A DNA stretch of 64,000 nt, from assembly GCA_021851895.1 (NCBI GenBank), contig JAJZQJ010000007.1, forward strand, positions 6,618 through 70,617. Direction: 5' to 3'. Source of the DNA: a bacterium (GTDB lineage: Bacteria; Patescibacteriota; Minisyncoccia; Phycocordibacterales; UBA6899). Positions 38,745 to 48,542 of this stretch are shown piece by piece. The notes beneath the pieces are model-generated. The model did no database searches, was not told where the DNA came from, and saw nothing but the letters and a program-made list of their open reading frames with translations. Each line of letters begins with the position of its first letter. Within the stretch, counting starts at the first letter, position 1. The position numbers were made by a program, and so were the translations under genes.

Positions 38745-40013
38745 CTACTTTCCGATATATTCCCTGCCGCCCATAAACGGACGAAGGGCCTCCGGTATCT
38801 TAATGGTCCCATCCGCCTGCTGATAGTTTTCTACTATTGAGACGAGAATGCGTGGGGTTGGAATAGCAGTACAGTTGAGTGAGTGCGCGAAGCGGAGCTT
38901 CCCTTCATCATCACGATAGCGTGTGTTTGTGCGACGAGTCTGGAAATCATGAAAATATGAAGCTGATGAGATCTCACGGTAGGTCTCCTCACCAGGAACC
39001 CAAAGTTCGATATCGAATTTCTTCACCTGCCCGAGACCGAGATCGCCACCACAGTTTGCTACGGTGTGGTATGGGATGCCGAGCAATTCGATCAACTCTT
39101 CCGTGTTGCGATTGATCTCCTCGTGCATCTTCACCGACACCTCATGGCTTGCCTCACAGAGAACGACCTGCTCCCACTTAAAGAACTCGTGAACACGAAT
39201 GAGTCCGCGGACGTCCTTACCGTGTGCGCCAGCCTCTCTTCGGAAGCATGGAGAAAATGCAAGATACTTCTTTGGGAATTCAGAACGTTCGAGCACTTCG
39301 TCGATGTGATAACCCATCGTCGCAACCTCACCAGTCCCTGCAAGAAATTCACCATCCTGTGTCTTATAGAGATCATCTTCACCTTGCGGAAGATAACCTG
39401 TACCAAGCAATGTCTCTCGGCGAACGAGCGACGGTACAAGCATTGGCGTAAATCCTTTATTCATCCAGTGCTGCATTGCCAGTTGCCAAACAGCATTTGC
39501 AAGAACGAATCCATCGTTCTTGAGGTAGTACCCACGGAACCCTGCCACTTTTGCGCCTCTTTCGAAATCTACCATGTCATGTGCGAGCATGAGATCGACA
39601 TGGTTCTTTGGAGTGAAGTCGAACTTCGTCGGCTCACCCCAGCGATGGACTTCCTTATTATCCGCATCGGAGAGTCCGTCGGGCACCGTCACGTCAGGAA
39701 CATTCGGAACCATGAGCATACTCTGTCGCCAGTCGGACATCACCTGCTTGAGCTCGTCCTCTTTCGTAGCGAGTTTTTCCTTCACTACACGCATGGACTC
39801 TATTCGTGCCGTGCGATCAGCCTGATCCGTAGCGCCGGCAATGGCAGCATTGGCACTATTTTGCTCTGCACGCAACGCCTCGACCTCTTTGAGGACTACG
39901 AGTCGTTTGTCATCGAGCACACATAGGGCGTCCACATCGAAATCGATGCGTTTCTTCTTAGCCGCCGCCTTAATGAGATCTGTATTCTCACGGATGAATT
40001 TGATGTCCAACAT
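38745..40013 (-). CDS. serS: Serine--tRNA ligase
   Basis: N-terminal coiled-coil arm and class II motifs (FRRE...RVHEF, GLGQVKKFD). Confidence 0.93.
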   Translation of the reverse strand: MLDIKFIRENTDLIKAAAKKKRIDFDVDALCVLDDKRLVVLKEVEALRAEQNSANAAIAGATDQADRTARIESMRVVKEKLATKEDELKQVMSDWRQSMLMVPNVPDVTVPDGLSDADNKEVHRWGEPTKFDFTPKNHVDLMLAHDMVDFERGAKVAGFRGYYLKNDGFVLANAVWQLAMQHWMNKGFTPMLVPSLVRRETLLGTGYLPQGEDDLYKTQDGEFLAGTGEVATMGYHIDEVLERSEFPKKYLAFSPCFRREAGAHGKDVRGLIRVHEFFKWEQVVLCEASHEVSVKMHEEINRNTEELIELLGIPYHTVANCGGDLGLGQVKKFDIELWVPGEETYREISSASYFHDFQTRRTNTRYRDDEGKLRFAHSLNCTAIPTPRILVSIVENYQQADGTIKIPEALRPFMGGREYIGK

Positions 40014-40085
40014 AATGCCTATACTATAACAGAATCAATATAAAAGGCCAATTTACCAAGCAAACTCGCCTTAAGAGCTATCAAC

Positions 40086-40952
40086 ATGGATATGTACTAT
40101 ATAAGATGCTATAGTCATACGATGTATAGTATCGATCCAAAGGAGTACTTTGAACGCTTGAAATCTCCATCTGAAAGATTGTTCGTCGAGGGATCACTTC
40201 CCCCGCCCCAATATCGCCGCATCACTATCGTTGGAACTCGAAAACCATCAACGTATGGGAAGATGGTGACAAGTCGCATGATCGAAGGGTTGCGTGGTCA
40301 ACCAGTAACGATACTCTCTGGGCTTGCTTTAGGAATTGATGCGTGCGCTCACGAAGCAGCAGTGCTCAATAACATACACACTATAGCCATCCCTGGTTCA
40401 GGGCTGAAGGAATCTGTGCTCTACCCCCGAACGAACGTTGGTCTTGCCCACCGCATTATCTCATCGGGAGGAGCGCTTATGTCACCGTGGGAAACAGAAC
40501 ATGCGGCAAAATGGATGTTTCCATTGCGTAACCGTACTATGGCCGCAATGTCCGACCTCGTCCTCGTCGTCGAGGCTGGAGTGCGATCAGGAACAATGAT
40601 CACCGCCAATGCTGCGACGGAATTCTCTGTACCCATAGCGGCAATTCCTGGCGATATCGATAACACCCGGTCAGAGGGCACGAATGCACTTATAAAGTCA
40701 GGTGCACATTGTGTCACTGACCCAAACGATCTTATTAAACTTCTTGGACTCGAGAAGTCGAAAACAACACGAGAAGAGGAGGTACTGTTCTCAAAAGATC
40801 CGATACTTTCACTTCTTCGAAAACCACAGAGTAGAGATCAACTTATTGCCCTATCAGGTCTTTCTGTGCACATGCTCAACTGCTCACTTTCGCGACTCGA
40901 ACTCGAAGGATCGATCGTGATCGATAATCAAGGAATCATAAGGGCGCGATAA
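40086..40952 (+). CDS. dprA: DNA processing protein DprA
   Basis: Rossmann-like DprA core (IVGTRKPS..LSGLALGIDA.AH...IAIPGSG) and a C-terminal winged helix. Confidence 0.85.
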   Translation: MDMYYIRCYSHTMYSIDPKEYFERLKSPSERLFVEGSLPPPQYRRITIVGTRKPSTYGKMVTSRMIEGLRGQPVTILSGLALGIDACAHEAAVLNNIHTIAIPGSGLKESVLYPRTNVGLAHRIISSGGALMSPWETEHAAKWMFPLRNRTMAAMSDLVLVVEAGVRSGTMITANAATEFSVPIAAIPGDIDNTRSEGTNALIKSGAHCVTDPNDLIKLLGLEKSKTTREEEVLFSKDPILSLLRKPQSRDQLIALSGLSVHMLNCSLSRLELEGSIVIDNQGIIRAR

Positions 40953-40978
40953 CTTTTATTTGCCACAAATGTTTTTCT

Positions 40979-43204
40979 GTGGTACAGATATACACCATGA
41001 GTAACTCGTCAGGAAAAGGAAAGACGCTTGTAATCGTGGAGTCCCCCGCAAAGGCGAAGACCATCGAAAAATATCTCGGTAGCGATTACATCGTCCGCGC
41101 ATCTGTCGGGCACGTACGCGATCTCCCTAAATCGAACAAGAAAGCCATCGATATCGAAGCTGGCTTCGTTCCACACTACGAGGTATCTCCCGACAAGAAG
41201 AAGATCCTCTCCGAGTTACAGGGACTTGCGAAGAACGCCAAGGCGGTCTTCCTCGCAACCGACCCCGACCGTGAGGGTGAAGCAATCGCATGGCACCTCG
41301 CTGACGAGCTTCAATTAAAGAATGCGCAGCGTATCAAATTCCACGAGATCACGAACGCTGCAGTTAATGAGGCAGCGGCACATCCACAAACGATCGATAT
41401 GAATCTCAAGGTCGCACAGGAGGCACGACGCGTGCTTGACCGACTCGTCGGTTACGATCTCTCTGGGCTTATATGGAAGAAGGTGCGCTACGGTCTCTCT
41501 GCGGGTCGTGTGCAATCCCCGGCCCTGCGCATTATTATGGAGCGCGAACGCGAGATACGTGCATTCGTTCCGGAGACTTTCTGGAGACTCTTTGCGGACG
41601 TCACCACGAAAGAAAAAGCGGAACTCGCACTCATCTGCAGCGAAGAACCTCGCGACGAACAACGCATGCGATTCATTGAAAAGCATGGCAAGGACACAAA
41701 GACTTGGATCGTAAGAGACGTGCGCTCAAGCGAGGCAAGTCGAAGTCCAAAGGCACCGTTCACAACTTCAACACTTCAGCAGACCGCATCCACGAGGCTT
41801 GGATTCTCGCCATCGCGTACGATGCAGATCGCACAGAAACTCTACGAGGCCGGCCTCATCACCTATATGCGTACCGACTCGACGAATCTTTCGAAGGAGG
41901 CACAGCATGGCATCTTCAGTACCATTGAATCACTTTGGGGGAAAGACTACCTGCACCCAAGAACATTCAAGTCGAAATCGAAGAATGCCCAAGAGGCGCA
42001 CGAAGCGATCAGGCCAACGGATCTCCATAAAAAGACTGGCGGCACGACCCCTGAACAGCAAAAGCTCTATCGACTTATCTGGCAGCGTGCTATCGCATCA
42101 CAGATGTCCGATGCACGTGTGCTTCGTACGAAGATCACCGCGGGTGTCCCCGTCAATGATTTCCCCGACTTTGCAGTGAACGGCGCGATCATGCTTTTTA
42201 AGGGCTGGTTGATCGCAGACCCTGAAGCTGAGGGTGAAGAAGTCACTTTGCCTGAAGTAAAAATCGGAGATGAACTGAAGTTGAAAGATTTCCGTGTTGA
42301 GGAAAAGCAGACCGAACCACCGAGCAGATACACTGAAGCGGGACTCGTTAAAGAACTCGAGAAGCGCGATATCGGTCGCCCATCGACCTATGCCTCTATC
42401 ATCAAAACGATCATCGATCGTGGTTATGTCGAGAAAGAGAATAAATCACTGAAGCCCACAGCGACCGGCGATGTCGTATCGACATTCCTTGAGGAGCATT
42501 TTGGTAAATATATCAGTGACACCTTTACTGCAGAGATGGAGCAAGAACTCGATGACATCGCCGATGGCTCGAGAAAATATGTTCCCGTCATGAAAGAGTT
42601 CTATACTGCATTTCATGATGCGATCAAGGAAAAAGAAGACATTCCGAAGGTCACGAACCTCGGTGACGCGGACGAGAGCATACGCTGTCCAAAGTGTGAC
42701 GGTCCCATGATCGTGAAGCTCAGCAAGTCAGGTAAATTCCTTTCTTGTGCAAACTTCCCTACTTGTGATGGCGCACGCACCGAAGCGGGCGAAGTCATTG
42801 AAGGTCCAAAGCCAACGGGAGAGAAATGTCCAAAGTGCGAAAAGGGAGACCTCGTGGAGCGCACCGGACGATTCGGGAAATTCATCGCCTGCTCGAATTA
42901 CCCAAAGTGTAAGTTCATCAAAAACGATCCTACACTGAATCCCGTAAAGAGTAGCGGCGTGAAATGTGATGTCTGCGGTAAGGGTGAGATGATCGAGCGC
43001 AAGGGACGTTTCGGATTCTTCTGGTCATGTAGCAATTACCCTGATTGTAAGCATGCGATCAAGACGAAGCCAACGGGAAACAAGTGTCCTATCTGTGGAG
43101 CACTGATGATGCTCGGTACCAAAACAATACCAGAACGATGTTCAGTGAAGACGTGCCCAATGCACAATCCCCACAAACTCAATAAGGAAAAATCAGCCGA
43201 ATAG
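40979..43204 (+). CDS. topA: DNA topoisomerase I
   Basis: TOPRIM N-terminus (LVIVESPAKAKTI), active-site Tyr region and three C-terminal CxxC...CxxC zinc ribbons. Confidence 0.93.
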   Translation: MVQIYTMSNSSGKGKTLVIVESPAKAKTIEKYLGSDYIVRASVGHVRDLPKSNKKAIDIEAGFVPHYEVSPDKKKILSELQGLAKNAKAVFLATDPDREGEAIAWHLADELQLKNAQRIKFHEITNAAVNEAAAHPQTIDMNLKVAQEARRVLDRLVGYDLSGLIWKKVRYGLSAGRVQSPALRIIMEREREIRAFVPETFWRLFADVTTKEKAELALICSEEPRDEQRMRFIEKHGKDTKTWIVRDVRSSEASRSPKAPFTTSTLQQTASTRLGFSPSRTMQIAQKLYEAGLITYMRTDSTNLSKEAQHGIFSTIESLWGKDYLHPRTFKSKSKNAQEAHEAIRPTDLHKKTGGTTPEQQKLYRLIWQRAIASQMSDARVLRTKITAGVPVNDFPDFAVNGAIMLFKGWLIADPEAEGEEVTLPEVKIGDELKLKDFRVEEKQTEPPSRYTEAGLVKELEKRDIGRPSTYASIIKTIIDRGYVEKENKSLKPTATGDVVSTFLEEHFGKYISDTFTAEMEQELDDIADGSRKYVPVMKEFYTAFHDAIKEKEDIPKVTNLGDADESIRCPKCDGPMIVKLSKSGKFLSCANFPTCDGARTEAGEVIEGPKPTGEKCPKCEKGDLVERTGRFGKFIACSNYPKCKFIKNDPTLNPVKSSGVKCDVCGKGEMIERKGRFGFFWSCSNYPDCKHAIKTKPTGNKCPICGALMMLGTKTIPERCSVKTCPMHNPHKLNKEKSAE

Positions 43205-43268
43205 GCTGTTTTTTCTTGCATTTTTCTTCTTACTTCTCACTTCTTACTTCTTACTGTATATTTGATTC

Positions 43269-44711
43269 ATGGAGCACATCACGCCCCTATCTGAAATACT
43301 CGATGTAATGCGCAGCCGCACGAATGAGGACCATGGACTTGTTGCACGGGCATATGATTACGCACAAACAGCTCACGGAGGACAGAAACGTTATTCTGGC
43401 GCTCCGTATTTTGTGCATGTTTCTGCTGTCGGTCTTACACTTGCAGAAATGGGTATGGATGCGAAGGTGATTTGTGCTGGATTGCTGCATGACGTCATCG
43501 AAGATGCAGCGCGCACCGAGGAGGATATCACTGCGGAATTCGGAGACGAAGTACTCGCACTCATTCAAGGAGTGACAAAACTCGGAAAGCTCAAATACCG
43601 TGGCGTCGAGCGCCATGTCGAATCACTGCGCAAACTTCTTATTGCGACCGCTAAAGATATTCGAGTGATCATCATCAAGCTCGCCGATCGACTGCACAAT
43701 GTCTCTACACTCAAATACGTCCCCGAGCACAAGCGTGCCCGTATCGCTCTTGAAACTCTCGAGATATACGCACCGATCGCAAATAGACTCTCGATCGGAT
43801 CGATCAAGGGCCTTCTCGAAGACTATGCTTTCCCCTACGCTTACCCTGAGGAATATAAGAAGGTCGAGGGCATCGTTGCAACGCACCTCAAGAACAACGA
43901 GCAACGCATCGAGAAGATGTATCGCATGATGCAGCTTGAGCTCGCAAAGAATGGCATTACGGACATTCGTGGCTCATTCCGCTCGAAGCGCACCTACAGC
44001 CTCTACAAGAAACTTATAAAGCACGACATGAATATCGACAGCATTTACGATATTCTCGCAATACGTATCATCGTGCCGAATATTGGAGACTGCTACCGAG
44101 CACTCGGGGTTGCGCATTCCATCTGGAGACCGCTTCCCGGTCGAATCAAAGACTACATCGCGTTCCCTAAGCCGAATGGATATCAATCGCTCCACACGAC
44201 CGTCTTTACTGGCGATGGCAGCTGCCTTGAGATCCAAATTCGAACTCCCGAAATGGACCAGGAGGCCGCGCTCGGTGTTGCCGCACACTTCATCTATAAA
44301 GAGAACATCAACAAGCCAGGCAAAGCACTTCCATCGAAATTCGCCTGGGTAACTGAAGTAGCGAAGCTTCAGAAAGTCGCAGAAACTGGTGACTACATGC
44401 AGGCGCTTCGAACCGACTTTTTCGAGGATCGTGTCTTCACATTCACCCCACAAGGCGATGTCGTCGATCTTCCGATCAACTCTACAGCGATCGACTTCGC
44501 GTATGCAATCCACTCGGATATCGGAGACCATGTCGCGGGAGCGAAAGTGAACGGAAAGCTCGTATCACTCGACACCGTACTCCGCTATGGCGACATCGTC
44601 GACATCGAAACAAAACGCTCTGCAAAACCATCGAAAAAATGGCTCGATTATGCAAAGACGACACTCGCTAAGCGTCACATCAGGCAAGCACTTGCCGCTC
44701 AGCAAAAATAA
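43269..44711 (+). CDS. rel: Short bifunctional (p)ppGpp synthetase/hydrolase Rel (HD-SYNTH-TGS, no ACT)
   Basis: HD hydrolase motif (HD...DVIED), a RelA/SpoT synthetase domain (YQSLHTTV) and a TGS domain. The protein ends after TGS at 480 aa. Confidence 0.88.
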   Translation: MEHITPLSEILDVMRSRTNEDHGLVARAYDYAQTAHGGQKRYSGAPYFVHVSAVGLTLAEMGMDAKVICAGLLHDVIEDAARTEEDITAEFGDEVLALIQGVTKLGKLKYRGVERHVESLRKLLIATAKDIRVIIIKLADRLHNVSTLKYVPEHKRARIALETLEIYAPIANRLSIGSIKGLLEDYAFPYAYPEEYKKVEGIVATHLKNNEQRIEKMYRMMQLELAKNGITDIRGSFRSKRTYSLYKKLIKHDMNIDSIYDILAIRIIVPNIGDCYRALGVAHSIWRPLPGRIKDYIAFPKPNGYQSLHTTVFTGDGSCLEIQIRTPEMDQEAALGVAAHFIYKENINKPGKALPSKFAWVTEVAKLQKVAETGDYMQALRTDFFEDRVFTFTPQGDVVDLPINSTAIDFAYAIHSDIGDHVAGAKVNGKLVSLDTVLRYGDIVDIETKRSAKPSKKWLDYAKTTLAKRHIRQALAAQQK

Positions 44712-44731
44712 AAAACACCATATGGTGTTTT

Positions 44732-45982
44732 TTATATATTGAATCCAGAGACTGAGTAAAGATCATCATCCTCGGAATCCAAAGAATCTCGTTGCTCGTG
44801 CGCACTTCGGTCATCGAGTGGTGCTTCTATCTCGGACTGTGCGAGTGAATCATTTGACACGACTTCGCCGATTGCCGTAGACACGGCATCATGATGCTCT
44901 GCATCATGAGGAGGCACTACTTCCATCGAACTATCTTTTTGATATGTCCCATACGGAGGAAAACTCTGTGCTGCAGAGGCAATGACCACCTGCTCGGGCT
45001 CGGGTACTGGAGATGCCTCGAAGCGAATCGGTGTTGCAGCTGCAAGATTCTCCATCTCCTTCTTGCCTGCGCTCATGATCCCCTCTCGGAGCGCACGAGC
45101 ATCAGCAAGAGCATTTCGTGCATTAATACGATCGATAAGTGCCTGCACGTCTTCAGCGGCAAAGAAATCGATGACAAGGCGTCCCCCATTTTCCTTTGGC
45201 TCGATGTGTACACGAGTTCCAAGTGATTCTGCGAGCTCGGCCTCCATGCGAGAGAGTTTTGGGTCGATATTCGACTTCTTTCTCGTCTTCTCCTTTGCAA
45301 CATGACGTGCCACTTGTTCCGCCTCACGTACCGTAAGCTTCTTCCAGATGATTTCTTTAAAAAGCGTTGACTGCTCTGACTGTCTATCATTGAGCATAAG
45401 GAGCGGGCGCGCGTGACCCTCAGAGATCTTGCCTGTCTGCAATGCTGTCATGATGTCCTGTGGCAGTGCAAGCAAACGCAAACTATTTGAAACGTATTCT
45501 CGGCTCTTACCGACCTTCTTCGCGATTTCCGCATGCTTCAGGGAAAACTCGTTCGCAAGACGTGCGAAAGAAAGTGCACGGTCGATAGGATTAAGGTCTT
45601 CACGCTGAAGATTCTCGATGATCGCAAGTTCAAGCTTGAGCTTTGGATCAACGAAACCCTGCTGGATAAGCACAGGGACCTGCGTAAGGCCCGCAAGCTT
45701 ACTTGCACGCAAACGACGCTCACCTGCGATGAGCTCATAATCTACGGTCATACCACCATCAGGGAGAATATTCTCCTTTCTGGTCACCGTAAGCGGCTGA
45801 AGGATACCATACATTCGAATCGAGTCCGCAAGATCGCTCAAGTGCCGTTCATCGAATTCCTTTCGGGGCTGATATGGATTCGGGTGGATCTTTTCGACTT
45901 CCACCCAGAAGATTGTGTTGTTTACGAACTCTGACATGGGTGCATTGTAGCATGTGTGCATTCTTTTGGGCAGTGTGTACAA
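44732..45982 (-). CDS. parB: ParB/Spo0J-family partition protein with long acidic C-terminal tail
   Basis: ParB N-terminal box (GERRLRASKLAGL), an HTH domain, and about 150 aa of low-complexity acidic C-terminus. Confidence 0.85.
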   Translation of the reverse strand: MYTLPKRMHTCYNAPMSEFVNNTIFWVEVEKIHPNPYQPRKEFDERHLSDLADSIRMYGILQPLTVTRKENILPDGGMTVDYELIAGERRLRASKLAGLTQVPVLIQQGFVDPKLKLELAIIENLQREDLNPIDRALSFARLANEFSLKHAEIAKKVGKSREYVSNSLRLLALPQDIMTALQTGKISEGHARPLLMLNDRQSEQSTLFKEIIWKKLTVREAEQVARHVAKEKTRKKSNIDPKLSRMEAELAESLGTRVHIEPKENGGRLVIDFFAAEDVQALIDRINARNALADARALREGIMSAGKKEMENLAAATPIRFEASPVPEPEQVVIASAAQSFPPYGTYQKDSSMEVVPPHDAEHHDAVSTAIGEVVSNDSLAQSEIEAPLDDRSAHEQRDSLDSEDDDLYSVSGFNI

Positions 45983-46040
45983 CGAGTGGAAAATCCATAT
46001 TTTTTGCAGTTTTTTGAATTTTTGTTATACTGCGCACATT

Positions 46041-46121
46041 GCCGGAGTGGCGTAATGGTAGCCGCGCTCGACTCAAAATCGAGTATCGAAAGATGTGCGG
46101 GTTCAAGTCCCGCCTCCGGCA
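46041..46121 (+). tRNA. tRNA-Leu (anticodon CAA), type II with long variable arm
   Basis: Manually folded cloverleaf. Acceptor stem gccggag/ctccggc, anticodon stem ctcga/tcgag with loop ctCAAaa, a 13-nt variable arm and T-arm gcggg-ttcaagt-cccgc. CCA is not encoded. Confidence 0.9.
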
Positions 46122-46128
46122 CAAAATG

Positions 46129-46166
46129 ACCACCGAAAAGCGAAAGCTTTTCGGTGGTTTCATTTT
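46129..46166 (+). terminator. Terminator after tRNA-Leu
   Basis: accaccgaaaagc-gaaa-gcttttcggtggt followed by a T-run. Confidence 0.8.
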
Positions 46167-46270
46167 GCAGCCGGGGCGGGACTTGAAAGACGGAGCCGGG
46201 TACCGTCACCCGGCTGATGATCTTATCCGGCTCTTCGAGCCGTGATAAATCCAGCCGCGTGCACGGTCGG

Positions 46271-46335
46271 CGAGTCGTGGCGACGGCCACTTAGTATTTT
46301 CGGTGTGCATACACCGGAAATACTTTGTGAGCCGT
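46271..46335. repeat. Copy B of the dispersed GC-rich structured repeat
   Basis: See copy A. It sits within a 400-bp GC-rich, hairpin-dense noncoding stretch (46170-46560) downstream of tRNA-Leu. Confidence 0.6.
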
Positions 46336-46569
46336 GCCAAGGCCCAGACTCCTGTTCAGTGCGGCTTTGCGCTCAATCAAACTCAAACCGGAACGGTTTT
46401 ATGTTTGCCCCTGAATTTTCTCTCTCTTGACACCCTCCTTCCCTCATGCTACTTAATACTCGCGGAATAAAATTTATTTCGCCACAAAAGAAACCCTAAA
46501 TGGGTATACCAAAAGTCCGAACTTTGCAAACAAAGGGTCGGGCTTTTTTCTTTATGCTACACTAAACCC

Positions 46570-47202
46570 ATGCCTCCCAAACTCCCCCTCCTCCCCAAAA
46601 CCCCCAAGCTCGACCTCCTCGAAACCATCAACCTCACTGATGACTCCTATTTTGAACACATCGAGCTCATCGGTATCGATGCTTCGGGTAATGAAGCGAC
46701 CGACGCTTCTATCATGTCCTCACGGATCAGTCGATCGGAATTCAACGACTCCGCGCTCATTGGCCTAAAACTCCGCGATGTATCTTTCGATCACGTGAAC
46801 TTCCTTAACTCAGATCTTGAAAAATCGCAGCACGAACGGATCGAATATGATCATTCTCGCCTCATGGGCATCAAACTCATCGATGCGCAACTTGAGCATG
46901 TGACCTTTAGGCGCTGTAGTCTCGACTTCGCCCTACTCCGCTTCGCGAAGCTTAAATATGTACTCTTTGAAAAGTGCACCTTGAATGATGCAGACATGCA
47001 GGGAGCCGAACTCTCGAATGTCTCTTTCATCGACTGCGACCTCACGAATCTTGAATGCTCACATGCGAAACTGACCGCCATCGATTTTAGCGGATCGATA
47101 CTCGACAATATGCGCGTCATGCCCGAGCAACTGAAAGGCTCGACGATAGATCCAACACAAGTGCATCATTTCATACGTCTACTCGGAATCAATGTAAAAT
47201 AA
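46570..47202 (+). CDS. Pentapeptide-repeat protein
   Basis: Tandem A(D/N)LxX pentapeptide repeats through most of its 210 aa. Confidence 0.7.
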   Translation: MPPKLPLLPKTPKLDLLETINLTDDSYFEHIELIGIDASGNEATDASIMSSRISRSEFNDSALIGLKLRDVSFDHVNFLNSDLEKSQHERIEYDHSRLMGIKLIDAQLEHVTFRRCSLDFALLRFAKLKYVLFEKCTLNDADMQGAELSNVSFIDCDLTNLECSHAKLTAIDFSGSILDNMRVMPEQLKGSTIDPTQVHHFIRLLGINVK

Positions 47203-47228
47203 AACACGACATACGCCGTGTTTTATTT

Positions 47229-47828
47229 TTAGATCTTTCCAACAAGCTTGATTCCTGGCTGAAGTGTCTCTTCGCCTGGTTCCCATGCTGCAGGACAAAC
47301 GTTGCCTCCGTGCTCGCGAACGAACTTCGCTGCGCGCAACTTACGCAAAGTCTCCTTTGCTGAACGGCCGATCGCATTGTCATGGATCTCCATGGTGCGC
47401 AATACACCATCGGGGTCCACGATGAATGTGCCGCGGAGTGCGAGACCCTCTTCATTGATATATACATTGAAGAGCTTTGTAAGCACACCTGTCGGATCAC
47501 CAACCATTGGGAACTGCACCTTCTTGATCGCAGGTGAGTTGTCGTGCCATGCCTTATGAGCAAACGAAGTGTCTGTAGAGACTGAGAGTACCTCAGCACC
47601 TTCCTTTGCGATCTCTTCATAAAGCTCAGCCATCTCCTCAAGCTCTGTCGGACAGACGAATGTGAAGTCTGCAGGATAGAACATGAAGACTGCCCATTTC
47701 CCTCTCAAAGATTTCGTTTCAATATCGATGATATCGTCCTTCTTTGGATGATAGACATTGAGTTTCATTTCAGGGAGTGTTGCTCCAATGTGAAGCACGT
47801 TCACTGCCTTTTCATTTTGTTCTGACAT
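47229..47828 (-). CDS. Peroxiredoxin (AhpC/Prx1 type)
   Basis: Peroxidatic Cys motif FTFVCPTEL and a C-terminal resolving Cys (VCPAAW). Start set at MSEQNEK. Confidence 0.85.
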   Translation of the reverse strand: MSEQNEKAVNVLHIGATLPEMKLNVYHPKKDDIIDIETKSLRGKWAVFMFYPADFTFVCPTELEEMAELYEEIAKEGAEVLSVSTDTSFAHKAWHDNSPAIKKVQFPMVGDPTGVLTKLFNVYINEEGLALRGTFIVDPDGVLRTMEIHDNAIGRSAKETLRKLRAAKFVREHGGNVCPAAWEPGEETLQPGIKLVGKI

Positions 47829-47856
47829 ATTTCTTTTTGCGTTATATAGACTTATC

Positions 47857-48540
47857 CTAATTTGGATGTTGTATCTTATCGCTAACAATTTTTCCATCTG
47901 CGAGCGTGATGATGCGATGGCCCATGCGTGAGTAATCCACTTCATGAGTGACCATCACTATCGTCTGCCCCTCGTTATTAAGGTCAAGAAATGCTTGCAA
48001 CACGTTCATACTCGTCTCGGTATCAAGATTCGCGGTCGGTTCATCGGCGAAAAGTATCTTCGGTCCGTGTGCAATTGCACGCGCGATCGAAACACGTTGC
48101 TGCTGACCACCGGAGAGCTGTGCAGGCAGATTATGCATGCGGTCGCCCATATCAAGACGTTTCAGTGCCCTGAGCGCCTTGCGCTCCGCCTCCTCTTTAT
48201 GCTCTCCGAGCATGAGGAGTGGAACCATGACATTCTCCAATGCGGTCAACGTCGGAAGTATAGCATAATCCTGGAAAATGTAACCGAGTGCCGAAAGGCG
48301 CATTCGAGTACGCTCGATTTCAGTGAGCTCGTCAGTATCAACACCATCTATATGTATATGACCAGAAGTCGGAGTATCGAGGAGACCAAGCTGATAGAGC
48401 AAGGTCGATTTTCCTGATCCCGATTTACCAGTAACCATAAGAAACTGCCCCTCCGGAACCTCAAAAGAGACGTTGTTCACGGCTTTGATATCCAATTCAC
48501 CTGTCCTGAAGATTTTTGAAAGATTTTCGACTTTGATCAT
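47857..48540 (-). CDS. ABC transporter ATP-binding protein (MacB/LolD-like)
   Basis: Walker A GKSGSGKST, signature LSGGQQQRV and Walker B ILFADE. Confidence 0.88.
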   Translation of the reverse strand: MIKVENLSKIFRTGELDIKAVNNVSFEVPEGQFLMVTGKSGSGKSTLLYQLGLLDTPTSGHIHIDGVDTDELTEIERTRMRLSALGYIFQDYAILPTLTALENVMVPLLMLGEHKEEAERKALRALKRLDMGDRMHNLPAQLSGGQQQRVSIARAIAHGPKILFADEPTANLDTETSMNVLQAFLDLNNEGQTIVMVTHEVDYSRMGHRIITLADGKIVSDKIQHPN

Positions 48541-48542
48541 AT

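Noticed and set aside
46427-46455. Sigma70-like promoter TTGACA-17 bp-TACTTA upstream of the pentapeptide-repeat gene.
   Set aside because: The -35 box is perfect but the -10 box is weak, and it lies about 115 nt from the start codon inside a repeat-rich block, so I am not confident enough to call it.
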